Below, in pieces: positions 46,880 through 60,730 of a DNA stretch of 64,000 nucleotides; position 1 is the first letter of the stretch, and each line of letters opens with the position of its first letter. Location of the stretch: assembly GCF_018350175.1 (NCBI RefSeq), contig NC_058369.1:11906001-11970000 (forward strand), given 5' to 3'. The stretch is from Felis catus (taxonomy: Eukaryota). The translations under genes and the position numbers were made by a program. The notes below the pieces were generated by a model. That model saw only the letters and a list, made by a program, of their open reading frames with translations, was not told the DNA's origin and did not search any database.

Positions 46880-49080
46880 GCAGATTGCATTTTCCAAGGA
46901 TGACCATACTAATATCTGCCATCCCACATACTGTTCTTACAATGTGATGTTGATACTCTTCCATCAAAAAGTGGGGCGTAAATATCCTCCCCTTAAATCT
47001 GGGGGGGAGAGGGGCACTGTGACTATGTCAAAGTGGCCCTATGTGACTTCCAAAGCTGAATCATTAAAGGTCATACAGTTTCCACCTGCTCCTGTTGGGA
47101 TGCTCACTCTTGGAACCCAGCTGCATGTTGCAAGGAAGCCAAGGTGTAACATGGAAGCACCACCCAGAGGTGTTGCAAGCCAGTCCCAGCCAAAGTCCAG
47201 CCGACATCCAGAATACACTGTGTTCAACGATTCCCACCCTCAGCCTTCCAATGGAAGAGGTGAACTGGCCTTGCCAAGCCTGTCTCAAATTAAAATCCAT
47301 AAGCAAACAAACACAGTTTTACTTCTTCCTTTCCAATTGGATGCCCTTTATTTTCTTTTCTTGCCTAATTGCTTTGGCTAGGACCTCTAGTACTATACTG
47401 AATAGGAAAGGTGAGAGTGGGCATCCTTGTCTTGTTCTTGATCTTAGAGAAAAAGATTTCAACCTTTCACTGTTGAGTATGATGTTAGCTATAGGCTTGT
47501 CCTATGTGGCCTTTATTATGTTGAGGTTCATTCCTTCTATATCCAATTTGTTGAAAGTTTTTTTTTTAATTTTTTTTTCTTTTTTCTTTTTTCTTTTTTT
47601 TCTTTTTTTTTCAACGTTTTTTATTTATTTTTGGGACAGAGAGAGACAGAGCATGAACGGGGGAGGGGCAGAGAGAGAGGGAGACACAGAGTCAGAAACA
47701 GGCTCCAGGCTCCGAGCCATCAGCCCAGAGCCTGACACGGGGCTCGAACTCACGGACCGCGAGATCGTGACCTGGCTGAAGTCAGACGCTTAACCGACTG
47801 CGCCACCCAGGCACCCCTTTGTTGAAAGTTTTTATCACAAAAGGATGTTGAGTATTGTCAGATGCTTCTTCTGCATCTAATGATATGATCATATGATTTT
47901 TACCTTTCATTCTGTTAGTGTTCCATATCACATTTACTTACTGTATATGTTGAACCTTCCCTTACATTTCTGAGATAAATCCCATTTGATCATGATGTAT
48001 GATTCTTTTTTTTTTAATTTTTTTAACATTTATTTATTTTTTTGAGAGACAGAGAGAGATAGAGGATGAGTAGGGGAGGTGCAGAGAGAGGGAGACACAG
48101 AATTGGAAGCAGGCTCCAGGCTCTGAGCTGTCAGCACAGAGCCCGACACGGGGCTCAAACTCACAAACCATGAGATCATGACCTGGGCCGAAGTTGGTCG
48201 CCTAACCGACTGAGCCACCCAGGCGTCCCATGATGTATGATTCTTTTAACGTGCTATTGAATTTGCTTTGCTAATATTTTGTTGAGGACTTTTGCATTCA
48301 TGTTCCTCAGAGATATTGTCTTGTATTTCAAAAAGATATCTGGATGTTGAAGTTCATTGCAGCATTTTTCACAATAGCTAAGATACAGAAACAACCTAAG
48401 TGTCCACCATCAGATAAATGGATAAAGAAATGCGATATACAGATGGAGATTTATCGATATAGATAAGAGGGAAATAATGCCATTCGTGACAACATAGACG
48501 AACCTGGAGGACATTATGCTAAGTGAAATAAGCCAGGCAGAGAAAGACAAATGCTGCATAATTTCACTTATCTGCCGCATCTGGGAGGGGGAAAAAATCA
48601 AACTTATAGAAACAGAGCAGAATGGTGGTTGCCAGGATTGGAAGGGAGAGAAATGGGGAGTTGTTGGTCAAAAGGTACAAACTTTCAGTTATAAGATGAA
48701 CAAGTGCTGAGGATCTAATGCACAGTGTGGCTACTATAGTTAATCCTTCTGTATCATCCACTTGAAATTTGCTAAGAGAGTGGGTCTTAAGTGTTCTCAT
48801 CACACAAAGAACTTTGGTAACTGCAAGAGATTATTGATGTGTTAACTCGATTGTGGTCATCGTTTCACCATGTATACGCATACCAAATCATCACATTGTG
48901 TGCCCTAAATATATACTGAATTATAATTCAATAAAGCTGGGGGGGGGAGATTCAATCTAAAAACAAAAGAAAACAAAACAAAGATATTCATAAGCAAAAT
49001 AAATGTTCTTATTGATGTTGCTGTTCAAATCCACTAACTTTGGGGGTTATGTGTTGTAAAGCAATTGATAAATGCAATAG
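46880..49080 (+). mobile_element. MLT1-type LTR split by an inverted L1 insertion (L1 minus about 47312-48325, L1 3' end plus about 48325-48980; SINEs at about 47560-47817 and 48005-48229)
   Basis: LTR-like 5' part to about 47310 and 3' part from 48985; L1 ORF2 antisense then L1 3' end sense; flanks atccataagcaaa / attcataagcaaa. Confidence 0.7.
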
Positions 49081-51225
49081 CAGGAATAGAAGTCAGCCTC
49101 CCGGCAAAAAATGTGAAAGTATCAAGAAGACTGTCTTATATACACATGTGTAAGCATTAATATTAACCATTATATGTGCCTGGACGTGTAAGCTAAGAAT
49201 AATATGAAGCTGCCATAATTATAAATCTACTTAAATAGGGTTCATTTTCTTCTTGCTTTTTGTAAGTTAGCATTTGCAGGATGTGGTTCATAAAATACTG
49301 TATATTCTATCTGTAGCAGATGTATCTATTTATAAATAAGCATGAATATATGCTTACATGCTTTTTTCCTATAAAAAGCTGTGTGAAAAAAAGAAGTGTG
49401 GAGGTCCTGCTTAAGGATGGGAGCCATGGTAGGATTTTGAGCAGGAGAAGAGCACCTTGGGTTTGTCACAGGACACAAGGGTGCCAGGGAAATTCTGCCA
49501 CTTCCAGAGCCCTGGAAGAAAGTTCTCTCCAAGAAAAATGTCTCAGAGATCAGGGCCTCTACAGAAGTGGAGGAAAAGGAAAAGGAAAGGAATGATGAGA
49601 GTTACTCACTTTCCCCAAGAGGCCACATCTAGTGGTGGTTCTATACACAGCAGACAATTATTTGGCTTCTGGATCCCTAACAAGGCACTCAGGGGCTCAC
49701 CCCAAGGCAATGGGCTATGAGCACTGAAACTCCTTCCTGGGGGACCACAGACCTACCTCCCCATCACTCAAAGCCCCAGACCCCATCCTCCACGCAACCC
49801 AACTCACCACTTACCAGATACCTTCAGATCCAGAAGACAGAAGTGTATGGACCACCGTGGGCTTAGTGCCTGACATCATAGCTCACATCCCAGGTGAGTG
49901 GGAAGGGAGGTAGAACAGGTGGGAGCAGAAAGAAAGAGCAGATGTTCTGGAGATAGCCAGACCCGCTGTGTGACCTTGGACAGGTGACTTTGCCTCTCTG
50001 AGTCTTGACTAGTTAGTCTTCATATTGTACGAATGGGACTAGAAAGTCTTCATGTGTGTAAGCCGTGCTAACCCCTGGGCTGGGATGTTTTATACGAATG
50101 GGCTTTGGAAGCAAATAGACCTGAGTCATCTGACCTCCTTGCACCTCAAAGTCTTCTAGGGAATGGGAGTAGTAGTAGCTACCTTGGAGAATCAGATACA
50201 CAGAACCTCTCACATAGTGAACCCTCAGTACAGGTGACCTCTTGGTAGGAAGAGCTATTGCAGGGTTGCTGGCAGAGAGGCACGTGAGGTTGCAAACAGG
50301 AGAAACTTAGCACGTCTGACTCCATATTGCTCCTATTTTCCTTGCTGCTATGATCCGCAGCTTAGAAACTTCTGATGAGCCCTGCGGGGAGACATGTTAA
50401 TCATGAAAGGAATTTTGCTTAGAGCTGAGATTTGCAAAAACTGCTTTTTTTCACCTGAAACCTACCTCACTTGAGATGAGAAAGGATGTACAGAAATGAC
50501 TGTGCTAAGTTCAAGATTTTCAGGAACGATGTGAGCAGATTTCTGTATGCAAGGATCAGCTGACCAAGAACCAAGAAGTTTCACGATCTTCCTGGGATGT
50601 CGGTCACTTTTTGACTCCAACTTCCTCCTGTTTCCCCCTTTTGCTAACACAAAGGAAGCTCAAATTTCATGCCCAGGGAGATGGCTCTTTGGGACAGAGC
50701 CAGCCATCCTTGGCTCCCTACCCCAAACAAAGTCACTTTCCTATCCCAACATCATGCCTCTTGATTTATGGGCTTGTCGTGCAAGGAGTTTGGACGTGGT
50801 TACAAGGTTACTTTGGGGATTGTCCAGGGGACAAGAGAGAAAGGGGAGATAATAGAGCGACCAGTGAGGGCATAGAATGGTTGTCCAGGAGAGAGGTGAG
50901 AGGCAGGGGGCTGGAGAGGAGAGTAGGGGACAGGAAGGAGGGATATTTTAGGAGGTAAGAGAAGCAGGGGGTGGTGACCTATTGGCCATGGAGGTGAGGC
51001 AGCACAGATAGGGGTGACAACGCCCAGGCTCTGGTTTGGGGGTTCAAGGAATATCGGGGAGGCTGGGAAGTCCTGGAGGATGTCCACCAGTGGATGCCCA
51101 GGAGGGCGACATCAGCCCGAGCATTGTGGTCAGAACCCAGATACGAGCCAGTGGGCCCAGTCTACTAGTTCCTGTTCCCACTTTCTTCTTTGAGGATGGA
51201 AGACAGGAACCAAGAAGCTCGTCAA

Positions 51226-51375
51226 ATGTGTGTGAGAGAGACAGACAGTCAGACAGAGACAGAGAGCGACACAGACACAGAAACAGAGAGAGACACAGAC
51301 ACAGAAGCACACAGAGAGAGAGAGAGAGAGACAAGACAGAGAGAAACAGAGACATACACACGCACAGAGAGAAAC
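51226..51375 (+). repeat. Compound (GA/CA) microsatellite
   Basis: gagagacagacagtcagacagagacagagag... Confidence 0.9.
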
Positions 51376-51924
51376 AAACAAAGAAGCATTTGGATTTCAG
51401 GCATTCAAAAAAATGTTCAATATCTTTCTTGTGGCCGGTTTCACAGGCCAAATGTATGCCATTCATCGCTCGTAAGGCACACGTCAAAAAAATAGTAATA
51501 AAAATCAAAAGGGAAAAAATTTAAAGTATAGTTTACAATAAACAAACATTAACCCTCCTCACAGGGGGGTGTCACAGATGCAACTGAGACCTCGTGAGTC
51601 CCTTCCCCTGTCCCATCATTTCCCTCCTCCAAGGTAACCACTGTTCTAAATATGGCCTTTGTCATGCCCCTACGGGTTTTACAATCTTCATATAAATACG
51701 GTCACTCTACACATCCTTCTGAAGCTTGCTGTGTTTTGCTTAGAACCATGTTTTTAAGATTTATATCAGTCAGCACATGTGGCTCTGGTTCATTTGCTTC
51801 CGGGGTGACAGTATTCTACCGTGGGGATACCCCCTCATGGATTTCTCCATCTTTCCACTGAGGGTCATCTAGCTATTTTCTAATCTTCCACCATGATGAG
51901 AAGTGTTGCCAATGGTTTGCTTTC

Positions 51925-52553
51925 CAAATTTTTTCTTGTGGCTAAAATGCCCATGATGTAACATTTACCGTCTTAAGCATTTTTAAGTGTCCAGTTCAGT
52001 GGCACTAAGTACGTTCACACCACTGCGCGGCCCTCCCCACCATCTGTCTCTGGAACACTTTTCGTCTTGTAAAACTGCAACTCTGTCCCCGTGAAACACT
52101 GACTCCCCATCCCCTCCTCCAGCCCCTGGCTCACCCCATCTACTTCCTGCCTCTGTGACTGTGACTCCTCTAGGGAGCTCACAGAAGTGGAATCGACCTG
52201 TATTTGTCCTTTTGTGACTGGCTTACTTCTCTCAGCATGATGTCCTCAAGTTTCATCCATGTTGCAGCCTGGGTCAGAACATCCTTCCTTTTTAGGGCTG
52301 TGTAGTACTCCATTGCATGGATATACCACATTTTGCTAACGTATATTCCTTTGTTTTTAACATTTGTATTTATTTTTGAGAGACAGAACATGAGTGGGGG
52401 TGGGGCAGGGAGAGAGGGAGACACAGAATCCAAAACAGGCTCCAGGCTCTGAGCTGTCAGCAGAGCCCGATGCAGGGCTCGAACTCACAAACCTCGAGAT
52501 CATGACCTGAACCCAAGTCGGATGCTTAATGGACTGAGCCACTCAGGTGCCCC
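51925..52553 (-). mobile_element. Old L1 3' UTR (minus) plus CAN-SINE (about 52355-52553, minus)
   Basis: tttaagtgtccagttcagtggcactaagtacgttcac...ttcatccatgttgcagc; SINE head caggtgcccc. Confidence 0.85.
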
Positions 52554-53762
52554 ATGCTGACGTACATTCCTGATCACAACCTCTCATGTGCTCACATGGA
52601 AACATATACCCCATGCTTCCCACAGGACACATCTCTATGTCCTATATCTCTGTAGGGTATAAAGCTAAGAATTACTAAATCATAGAATAGTGCATTCTCA
52701 GCCTTTCCAGATACTGTTACGTTATTCTCCAAAGTGATCTTGTCCATTTGCTCTCCCCCCGGCAGTGGATAAGGGTTTCTTTGTCCCAAAGCCTCAAAAA
52801 ACCTTGTTGTTGTTGCCAGACTTTTTCATCCACCTTGGGTAATGAGTGTGACACAGCATCTCGTAGTGGCTTCCCGCCCCCATTACTGATGAGGTTGATC
52901 ATCCTTGTGTTTTTTCATGTGGCGTCTGGGTTCCCCTGTCTGTGATATTGTTTCTTTATGTCTCTGCTGTGGGTAAGGGTGGGATCTTACACTGGTCATC
53001 TGAGTGTCTGGTCATAGGTTTAGGAGTACCCCCAAATGAGATGCTCAATAAGGGTTTGATGAATGAATGAGGAAGTGGAGGCTGTTACAGACCCACCGGG
53101 AAGGGGAGAGAGACAGGCAGCAAGCAGAGGGGCTCATGGGGACCAGAGAGGGTTTCTTCAAAGTCTGGACCAGAGAGGGTTTCTTCCTCCTCAACCGAAG
53201 GAGTTCTGCCATCGCGGCTGCCAGAGCCTCAGCCACCTGCTGATGCTACCAGGAGAGCTTCCGGCATTATGACAGCCACCTGTCTCCCTCTGATCTGACT
53301 TTCCTCTAACCTTCTGGGCCTTCATGAGACACTCCTAGTGGCAGAAACTCATTGGAAGCAAGCTGGAAAGTGAGAAGCACTGACTCAGAGAAACAGAGAG
53401 GAAAATGTGAGCACTGAACCAGAATACGTCCTTCCTCACACCCTGGGAAGCACCGCACCCTCTCTGGCCCCCGTACGTATCAGCCCCTCACACCCTCTGC
53501 CCACAGAAGCACTTGCCCAAGCAGCCTTTTCTGGCTCTTCCTCAGGACACTCCTTCCCTTGGTCTCCCCAGAAACATCTGCACATGAGATCTCCAGGTGC
53601 CCATAGAAGAAGAAAGAAATAGCATTGCGTGCTTCCTGAAACCATGAACCAGGGAGGACGCAACATGTCTGTGGTTCCTGCCAAACTATAACCTTGAATC
53701 TAATCATGATCAAATGTCCAATAAACCCACATTGAGAGACATTCCACATTAAAATCCACCAG

Positions 53763-55180
53763 AGGGTGCCTGAGTGGCTCAGTCGGTTTCGCTCAGGCTG
53801 TGGTCTCACAGTTGGTGGGATACAGCCTGGTTGATGGGCTCAAGCCATGTGTTGGGCTCTGCCCTGACAGCGTAGAACCTGCTTGGGATTCTCTCTCTCC
53901 TCGCTTGGCCTCTCTCTCTCAGTGTAAATAAATAAACTTAAAAAAAAAAATCCACCTGTTTTCTTCAAATGTGTCAATGTCGAAACTTTGAGAACCTTTG
54001 AACCAGGGTGGCAGGCATATCAGAATTCATTGTAATCGGGGAGCCTGGGTGGCTCAGTCGGTTAAGCATTCGATTTCAGCTCAGGTCATGATCTCACGGT
54101 TTGTGAGTACAAGCCCCGCGTCGGGCTCTGTGCTGACAGCTTGGGGCCTGGACCTGCTTTGGGTTGTGTGTCTCCCTCTCTCTCCACCCCTGCCCTGCTC
54201 ATACTCTGTCTCTCTGTCAAAAATAAAGAAACATTTAAAAAATTAAAAATAAATAAAGAATTCATTATAAAGCTCTCTCAATCTTTTTATCCTGTAGGAA
54301 AATTTATAATAAAAAATCAAGTATAGTTTTACATGTTTGATGTTATGAAAGAGCAAGAAAAGCTGAGAGGCTGGTCTTTATGAAAGGAGTCAAAAGAACC
54401 ATAATAGCTAGAAATGGATGCTTGACCTTGGACTGGTTCTACATGCACCTGATCCTGCTTGTACCTTCTGGATCTTGGATCACAGAAGAAAACCACTATA
54501 GATTGTAGCCATGTGGGGACAACTGGAGACATTGGAATCCGGACTAGCTATTAGATAATAAAATGTGTCCGTGATGAATTTCTTGAATTTCATAAATTTT
54601 CTGGGGTCACATAAGAGAATACCCTTCTTCTTAGGAAATTCACATAAAGTAGGGGTAGAGGGGCATTATGTCTGCAAGTGGTTCAGAAAAACCCTCGAGT
54701 GGTTCAGAAAAAAAAATGTATATATACAGAGATGGAACACAAATGTAGGGGAAAAAAAGGTTAACAATTGGTCAAAGTAGGAGAAGGACTTGGAAGAATT
54801 CTTTGTAATATTCTCGCAATTATTTCATCAATTTGAATTTATTTTAATTTTATGTTATTTGTATTTTATATATTTAAAATTAGTATTATAAATCATTATA
54901 TGTTTAAAATTAGTATTATAAATCAGTATAATTTTAAAAGCATGCATGTACACACCCATCAGAAGTTATCAAATTGCACATTCTAAATGTGTGCCCTTTG
55001 GGGGCGCCTAGGTGGCTCGGTTGGTTAAGCTTCCCACTTTGGTTCAGGTCAGCCCTGCATCAGGCTCTGCGCTGACAGCTCAAAGCCTAGAGCCTGCTTC
55101 GGATTCTGTGTCTCCCTCTCTCTCTCTGCCCCTCCCCTGTCATGCTCTGTCTCTCTCTTTCAAAAATAAATAAACATTAA
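53763..55180 (+). mobile_element. Three CAN-SINEs (about 53763-53950, 54038-54255, 55000-55180) in old L1 3' sequence
   Basis: SINE heads and tails; L1-like ggattagataata...aattttctgg. Confidence 0.85.
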
Positions 55181-55844
55181 AAGTAATAATAATAAATACA
55201 TAAATATGTGCCGTTTTCTGTGTAGCGATGATACCTCAATCTAATTTGGAAATAAAAAAAAAATAAGTAAAAGAATAGAGAGGGAACTTCCTTTGCAAAG
55301 ACAGAGAGGCGTAATAGGAATCTTGTGCTGTGGAGACACTTCCTTCTAGTTGCAATTTGGGTTTCACGGGGCGGGGACAACTATGACAGCGGGTGGGGCG
55401 AGCTGGGTTGCAGGTTGACTTTTCACAGCCCCAGGCCGGCCAAGACCCTGCATCCTTGCAGGGTGCGTTTCCCAGTATGGGCGCTGGGGGGCGCCAGTAT
55501 GCCGACACACCAGGAAATTTTTCTGGGAGTCTGAAAAGGTTCAAACCTGGACGAAAAAACTAAAAACTACACACTCTGACGTTTGAAAACATAAAAGCAA
55601 GGCTGCACAATCAAAATCAATAAACGCTTGGAGGAAATGTCTTCTTCCACTAGCATGATGTCAACACCCTTCATTGTGAACGGTAGCATTCCCCCAAAAA
55701 GTGGTTACATTTGGAAAGTTACCTGTGGGTTAGATGTTCTCTGTTTGCAAGAATCCCTGTAGAAGCACAACAAGCAGGTGGTGCAATAATTTTCATGGCC
55801 CCTAAATAATTTCAAAGGCAAAAGTACAACAATCTTTTCTACTT

Positions 55845-56773
55845 TTTATTTAAGTTCATTTATTTATTTTTGAGAGAGAGAGAGAGAGAGAGCACAAGAC
55901 AGGGAGAGAGAATCCCAAGCAGGCTCCATGCTGCCAACACAGAGCGAGAGGTGAGGCTCGAACCCACAAACTGTGAGATCATGACCTGAGCCCAAATCAA
56001 GAGTCAGACACTTAACTGAGTCACCCAGGCACCCCTACGATTTTTTTTTAACAGAGGAAGAAATGCATTTACTGCAAGTGGCTTGCTAAGATGTGTGTTA
56101 TGAGGCAGAACGGGATCTTTGAGAGTGCAGGTGCCCTGGGGATGTCCCGCCTCCTGCCTTCACACCTGCTGTTCCTTTGGCCTTAATCACTCTTCCCTTC
56201 CTACTTCGGCCAACTCCACTCCCTTTCATTCTTCCCATTTCAGTTCAAGGCCGCCTCCTCAGGGAAGCCTTCTCTGACCCCAACTCAGGCCCCCATTACC
56301 TTTGCTCTTAGCATCACATGGTTTATAGCCCCTGTCACGTTGTAACCATATATTTATTATTTGTGCAATTATTGGGTTTCTGCCTGCCTTCTCCATTCAA
56401 ATGTGAACTGGACGACGGGCAAAGATGCTGTCTTTCCTCCCTTGGCCCAGGGCTTGGCACATATAGGTGCTCAATAACAATCGAATGAATGAATGAGTGA
56501 GTGAAGGAAGGCTGGCAGGAAGGTCCAAACAGGTGCATGAGAATGATAAAGCTGTTCTTGTAGGCTCTTCCCACCCAATTCAAAATTCATATGATTTCAT
56601 TGCAAAACTGAATATTAGCTGTCAAAATCTTCTTCAAACTCATACTTAGGGACACCTGGGTGATTCAGTGGGTTAAGGGTCTGACTCTTGATTTCAGCTC
56701 AGGTCTTGATCTCATGGTTCTGGAATCCAACCCCATGTTGGACTCTGCTCTGACAGCATGGAGCCTGCTTGGG

Positions 56774-56826
<53 letters not shown>

Positions 56827-58050
56827 AAATAAACTTAAAAAAAAAATAAACCCATGCTTAGTATTTCAACAACAGACCACTCTTCTGCTGGCTCTCTTTG
56901 CTCAGTCTTGTGCTGAATACTGTTGGTGTGGCAGAGAAAGCTCAGTTCCATACTTTGCCTTTGAGAAGTTCCAGTCTGGAGACACAGACCACCCCCCCCC
57001 CCCAACCAGCACAAATGTTCAGGGATGGGTCAGAGTGAGGGTCCTGGGGGTTGATCAACAGTGAAGGAAAAATGTCCTAGAAATGAGGCTTGAACTTGGC
57101 ATGGAGAACATAGTATAAAGAATCGTTAGTCTGTAGAGATGGTGGCTTTCCCACATGTGCAAAGGCCCTGGGGCTTGAGAAAGCATGATTTTTTTTTAAT
57201 TTTTTTTCAACGTTTTTATTTATTTTTGAGACAGAGAGAGACAGAGCATGAATGGGGGAGGGGCAGAGAGAGAGGGAGACACAGAATCGGAAACAGGCTC
57301 CAGGCTCTGAGCCATCAGCCCAGAGCCCGACGCGGGGCTCGAACTCACGGACCGCGAGATCGTGACCTGGCTGAAGTCGGACGCTTAACCGCCTGCGCCA
57401 CCCAGGCGCCCCGTGAAAGCATGATTTTAAGATAGAGTGGAGATAGGAACTGGCAGTAGAGGAGACTGGCAAGGTCCACTGGAGCTAGGTTGTAAGGAAT
57501 CCTATTCCCAAGCAGGTGAGGGACAACATCCCACCACAAGAGAATAGATCAGCGTCCACTGTTGTCAACCTGGGGCAGGCAAGATGCTCCAGTGAGAAAC
57601 AGACAGGACTGGCAGGAACAATGGAGTGGGGTGTGTGCACTGCACTAACCTCATGGGGGCGCCATTCACACAGACAGCAATGAGAATGGTTCACACACCC
57701 ACACCCACACACACACACACACACACCCTCCACACTGGGGAGTTCTGCTGTATAGTGGCCCTGCATGTAAGGAGAAAACAGAATAACTTTCAAGTACATT
57801 AATTTTCTCTTCCAAAAACTTTTCAAATAACAGTAATCAGAGAGGTGCCTGGGTGGCTCAGTTGGTTGGGTGTCCAACTTCGGCTCAGGTCATGATTTTG
57901 TGGTCCGTAAGTTCAAGCCCCGCCTCGCTCTCTGTGCTGACAGCTCAGAGCCTGGAGCTTGCTTCGGATTCTGTGCCTCCCTCTCTCTCTGCCCCTCCCC
58001 CGTTCATGCTCTGTCTCTCTCTCCTTCAAAAATAAATAAACATTTAAAAA
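55845..58050. mobile_element. Four CAN-SINEs (about 55845-56036 -, 56648-56850 +, 57190-57412 - young, 57843-58050 +)
   Basis: SINE heads and tails; TSD gaaagcatgatttt around 57190-57412. Confidence 0.9.
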
Positions 58051-58064
58051 TTAAAATAACAGTA

Positions 58065-59120
58065 ATTAGAGAAAGGACAGAAGACTTGCACACACGAACA
58101 CTTCACCAAAGAGGATATACAGATGACAAAGACATGAAGAGACGTTCAACATCACTAGCCATCAGGGAAATGCAAATTAAAGCCAAGAATGACATCAGAA
58201 CACAGCTATCAGAATGGCTAAAATAAAAACTCTGACAATACCAAGTGCCAACAACCAGGACTTTCACACATTTCTGCTGGGAATGCAAAATAGAATGGCC
58301 ATTCTGGAAAAGGATTTGACCGTTTCTTATAAAGTTAAATTTACACTTGCCACATCATCCAACAATCTCACTCCTGGGTAAAAACCCTTGAGACAGGAAG
58401 ACTTCTGTACACGAATATTCATAGCAATTTTATTGCAAAAACCAAAAGCTGGAAACAGCCTAACTGTCCAGTGGTCCATCCATGCAATGGAATACTACTC
58501 AGCAGTGAAAAGGAGCAGACTATTGATACAAGTGACAACCTGGATGGCTCTCAACCTGGATGCTGAGTAGGTCACATACTGCCTGATATTATTTACAACT
58601 TTCTTGAAATGTTAGGATTATGAGGGTTATAGTGACTAGATAATGGTTGCCAAGGGTTAGGGAAGGGGGGAGTATATTGACTGCAAAGGGGAGGCATGGG
58701 GGAGTTTCTTTGGGGTGATGAAACGGTTCTGTGCCCTGATTGTGGTGGTGATGGCATGACTCCATGCAACTGACAAAATTTCATAAAGCGTTTCAAAGCA
58801 ATTGAGGGCATATAAAAAGTGATGCATTCCAAAAAAAGGTATTTAGTTCATAGTATTGTGCCACTGTCAATGTCCTGGTTTTTATAATTGTACCATAATT
58901 ATATACTATTAAATATACAGAATATAAATCTATAATTATATATACATATATGTTATACAATATATAATTATAACTTTAATATGCTTTTCATATATAATTA
59001 TATAATTATAAGAATGTTTCTGTTGGGGAAAGCTGAGTGAAAGATACACAGAATCACTTCATCTATGTTTGCGACTTTTATGTGAGTCTAAAATTATTTC
59101 CAAATGAAAAGGGCTTAAAA
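58065..59120 (+). mobile_element. Old L1 3' region
   Basis: gttcaacatcactagccatcagggaaatgcaaattaaa...tgctgggaatgcaaaat...atggaatactactcagcagtgaaaagga. Confidence 0.8.
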
Positions 59121-59589
59121 AGTAACAGGGAAGTGTACTTTGCTAACATTTTCTATTTCACTAGATTGACTCTAGCTCTCAGCCTATTTTAAGGGGCATT
59201 AATGCGATTTCTGTGCGCCAGGATGAATCGATTTACGGGTTGTATTAACCATTTTTATACCAACCCATCGTCAAAAATGAACCCCTGTCATGAAAGACAG
59301 CACATTGGGACAGTGTCAACCAGAAAATGCTGGTGGCATCATTTCTACCCCTAAAATAAACTCTGTGCCAGCCCCATTGTGACAGGGAAAGGCAGTGGCA
59401 AAGAAATTAGTTGTGATTGGAAAGAGTCTAATATTTTTCAGTTGTCAAAAAGCCCTTGTGATAAGGGTTTCTATCCACAACCTTAGCCATGAACTTGGTC
59501 CCAGGGTACCTTGAAGCATTAACCATTGTCAGGGTTAATCAGGGTGATCAGAAGTGACCAAGAGTTTATGTCATCCTCAGAGCTTCTCT

Positions 59590-59822
59590 TTTTTCTTTTT
59601 TTTTTTTTTTAAAGTTTTTTAATGTTTGCTTGTTTTTGAGAGAGAAAGACAGAGCATGAGCAGGGGAGGGGCAGATAGAGAGGGAGACACAGAATCCGAA
59701 GCAGGCTCCAGGCTCTGAGCTGTTAGCACAGAGCCCGACGCACGACTCGAACTCACGAGCTGTGAGATCATGACCTGAGCCGAAGTTGGACGCTTAACCA
59801 ACCGAGCCACCCAGTTGACCCT
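59590..59822 (-). mobile_element. CAN-SINE
   Basis: acagaatccgaagcaggctccaggctctgagc. Confidence 0.9.
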
Positions 59823-59984
59823 CTTTTTAACTTCAATTTGGGAGGAGTGTTTTATAATGCTCACAATAGTACTTTGTTTTTAAATAAATATACATGTAGC
59901 AGGGGTATGTGCCCAAATAGATTTTACCAGTAGCTATGCAAGCTCCGAAGTATTTGGAACATGAAAAGATGCACAACTGTATCA

Positions 59985-60730
59985 TTCATGAAAGGAAATG
60001 CAAGTCAAAACCACAACGAGATAACACTTCACACCCCTTAGCAGCTATAGTAAAAAAAGACGGACAATAACAAGTGTTGGTGAGGATGTGGAGAAGATGG
60101 AACTCGTATACGTTGCTGGGGGGAACATAAAGTGGGAGAGCCACTGTGGAAAACAGTTTGGCAGAGTTCCCCAAAAAAGCTGAATGCAGAATTGCCACAT
60201 GACTCAACAATTCTGCACGTAGGGATGTACCCAAAAGAACTGAACGCAGAGACCCGAAGAGATATCAGTACACAGATGTTCACAGTGGCCCTATGCACAA
60301 TAGCCAAAAGGTGGAAATACCCCAAATGTCCATGGTGAATGGATAAACAAAATGTGGCTCATTCATACGACGGAATGTTACTCGGCCGTGAAAAGGAATG
60401 AGGCACTGACATACACTACAATGTGGATGAGCCTAGAAGCTGTCGTGCTGAGTGAAAGAAGCCAGACACAAAAGCCCACATGCATCATTCCATTTATATA
60501 AAACGAGCAAATCCACAGGGATGGAAAGCGATTGGTGCTTGCCAGGGTCTGGGGGAGAGGGACGGTCAGTGAGTACAGATGGGGGACAGCGTGTCCTTCT
60601 GGGGAGATAAAAATGTTCTGGAACTAGATAGAGGTGGTGGTCGCACATTGTGAATATGCTACATGCCATTGAACTGGTCGCTTCTGAATGGCTAATTCTG
60701 TCATGTGAATTTCACCTTAATTAAGAAATA
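59985..60730 (+). mobile_element. Old L1 (L1MB-like) 3' region
   Basis: ggaaatgcaagtcaaaaccacaacgagata...acaagtgttggtgaggatgtggagaa...aaaatgttctggaactagatagaggtgg. Confidence 0.85.

Noticed and set aside
47095..47793. 232-aa ORF
   Set aside because: Chimera of LTR, antisense L1 and antisense SINE
51036..51524. Charged or hydrophobic repetitive ORFs on both strands
   Set aside because: Translation of a GA/CA microsatellite
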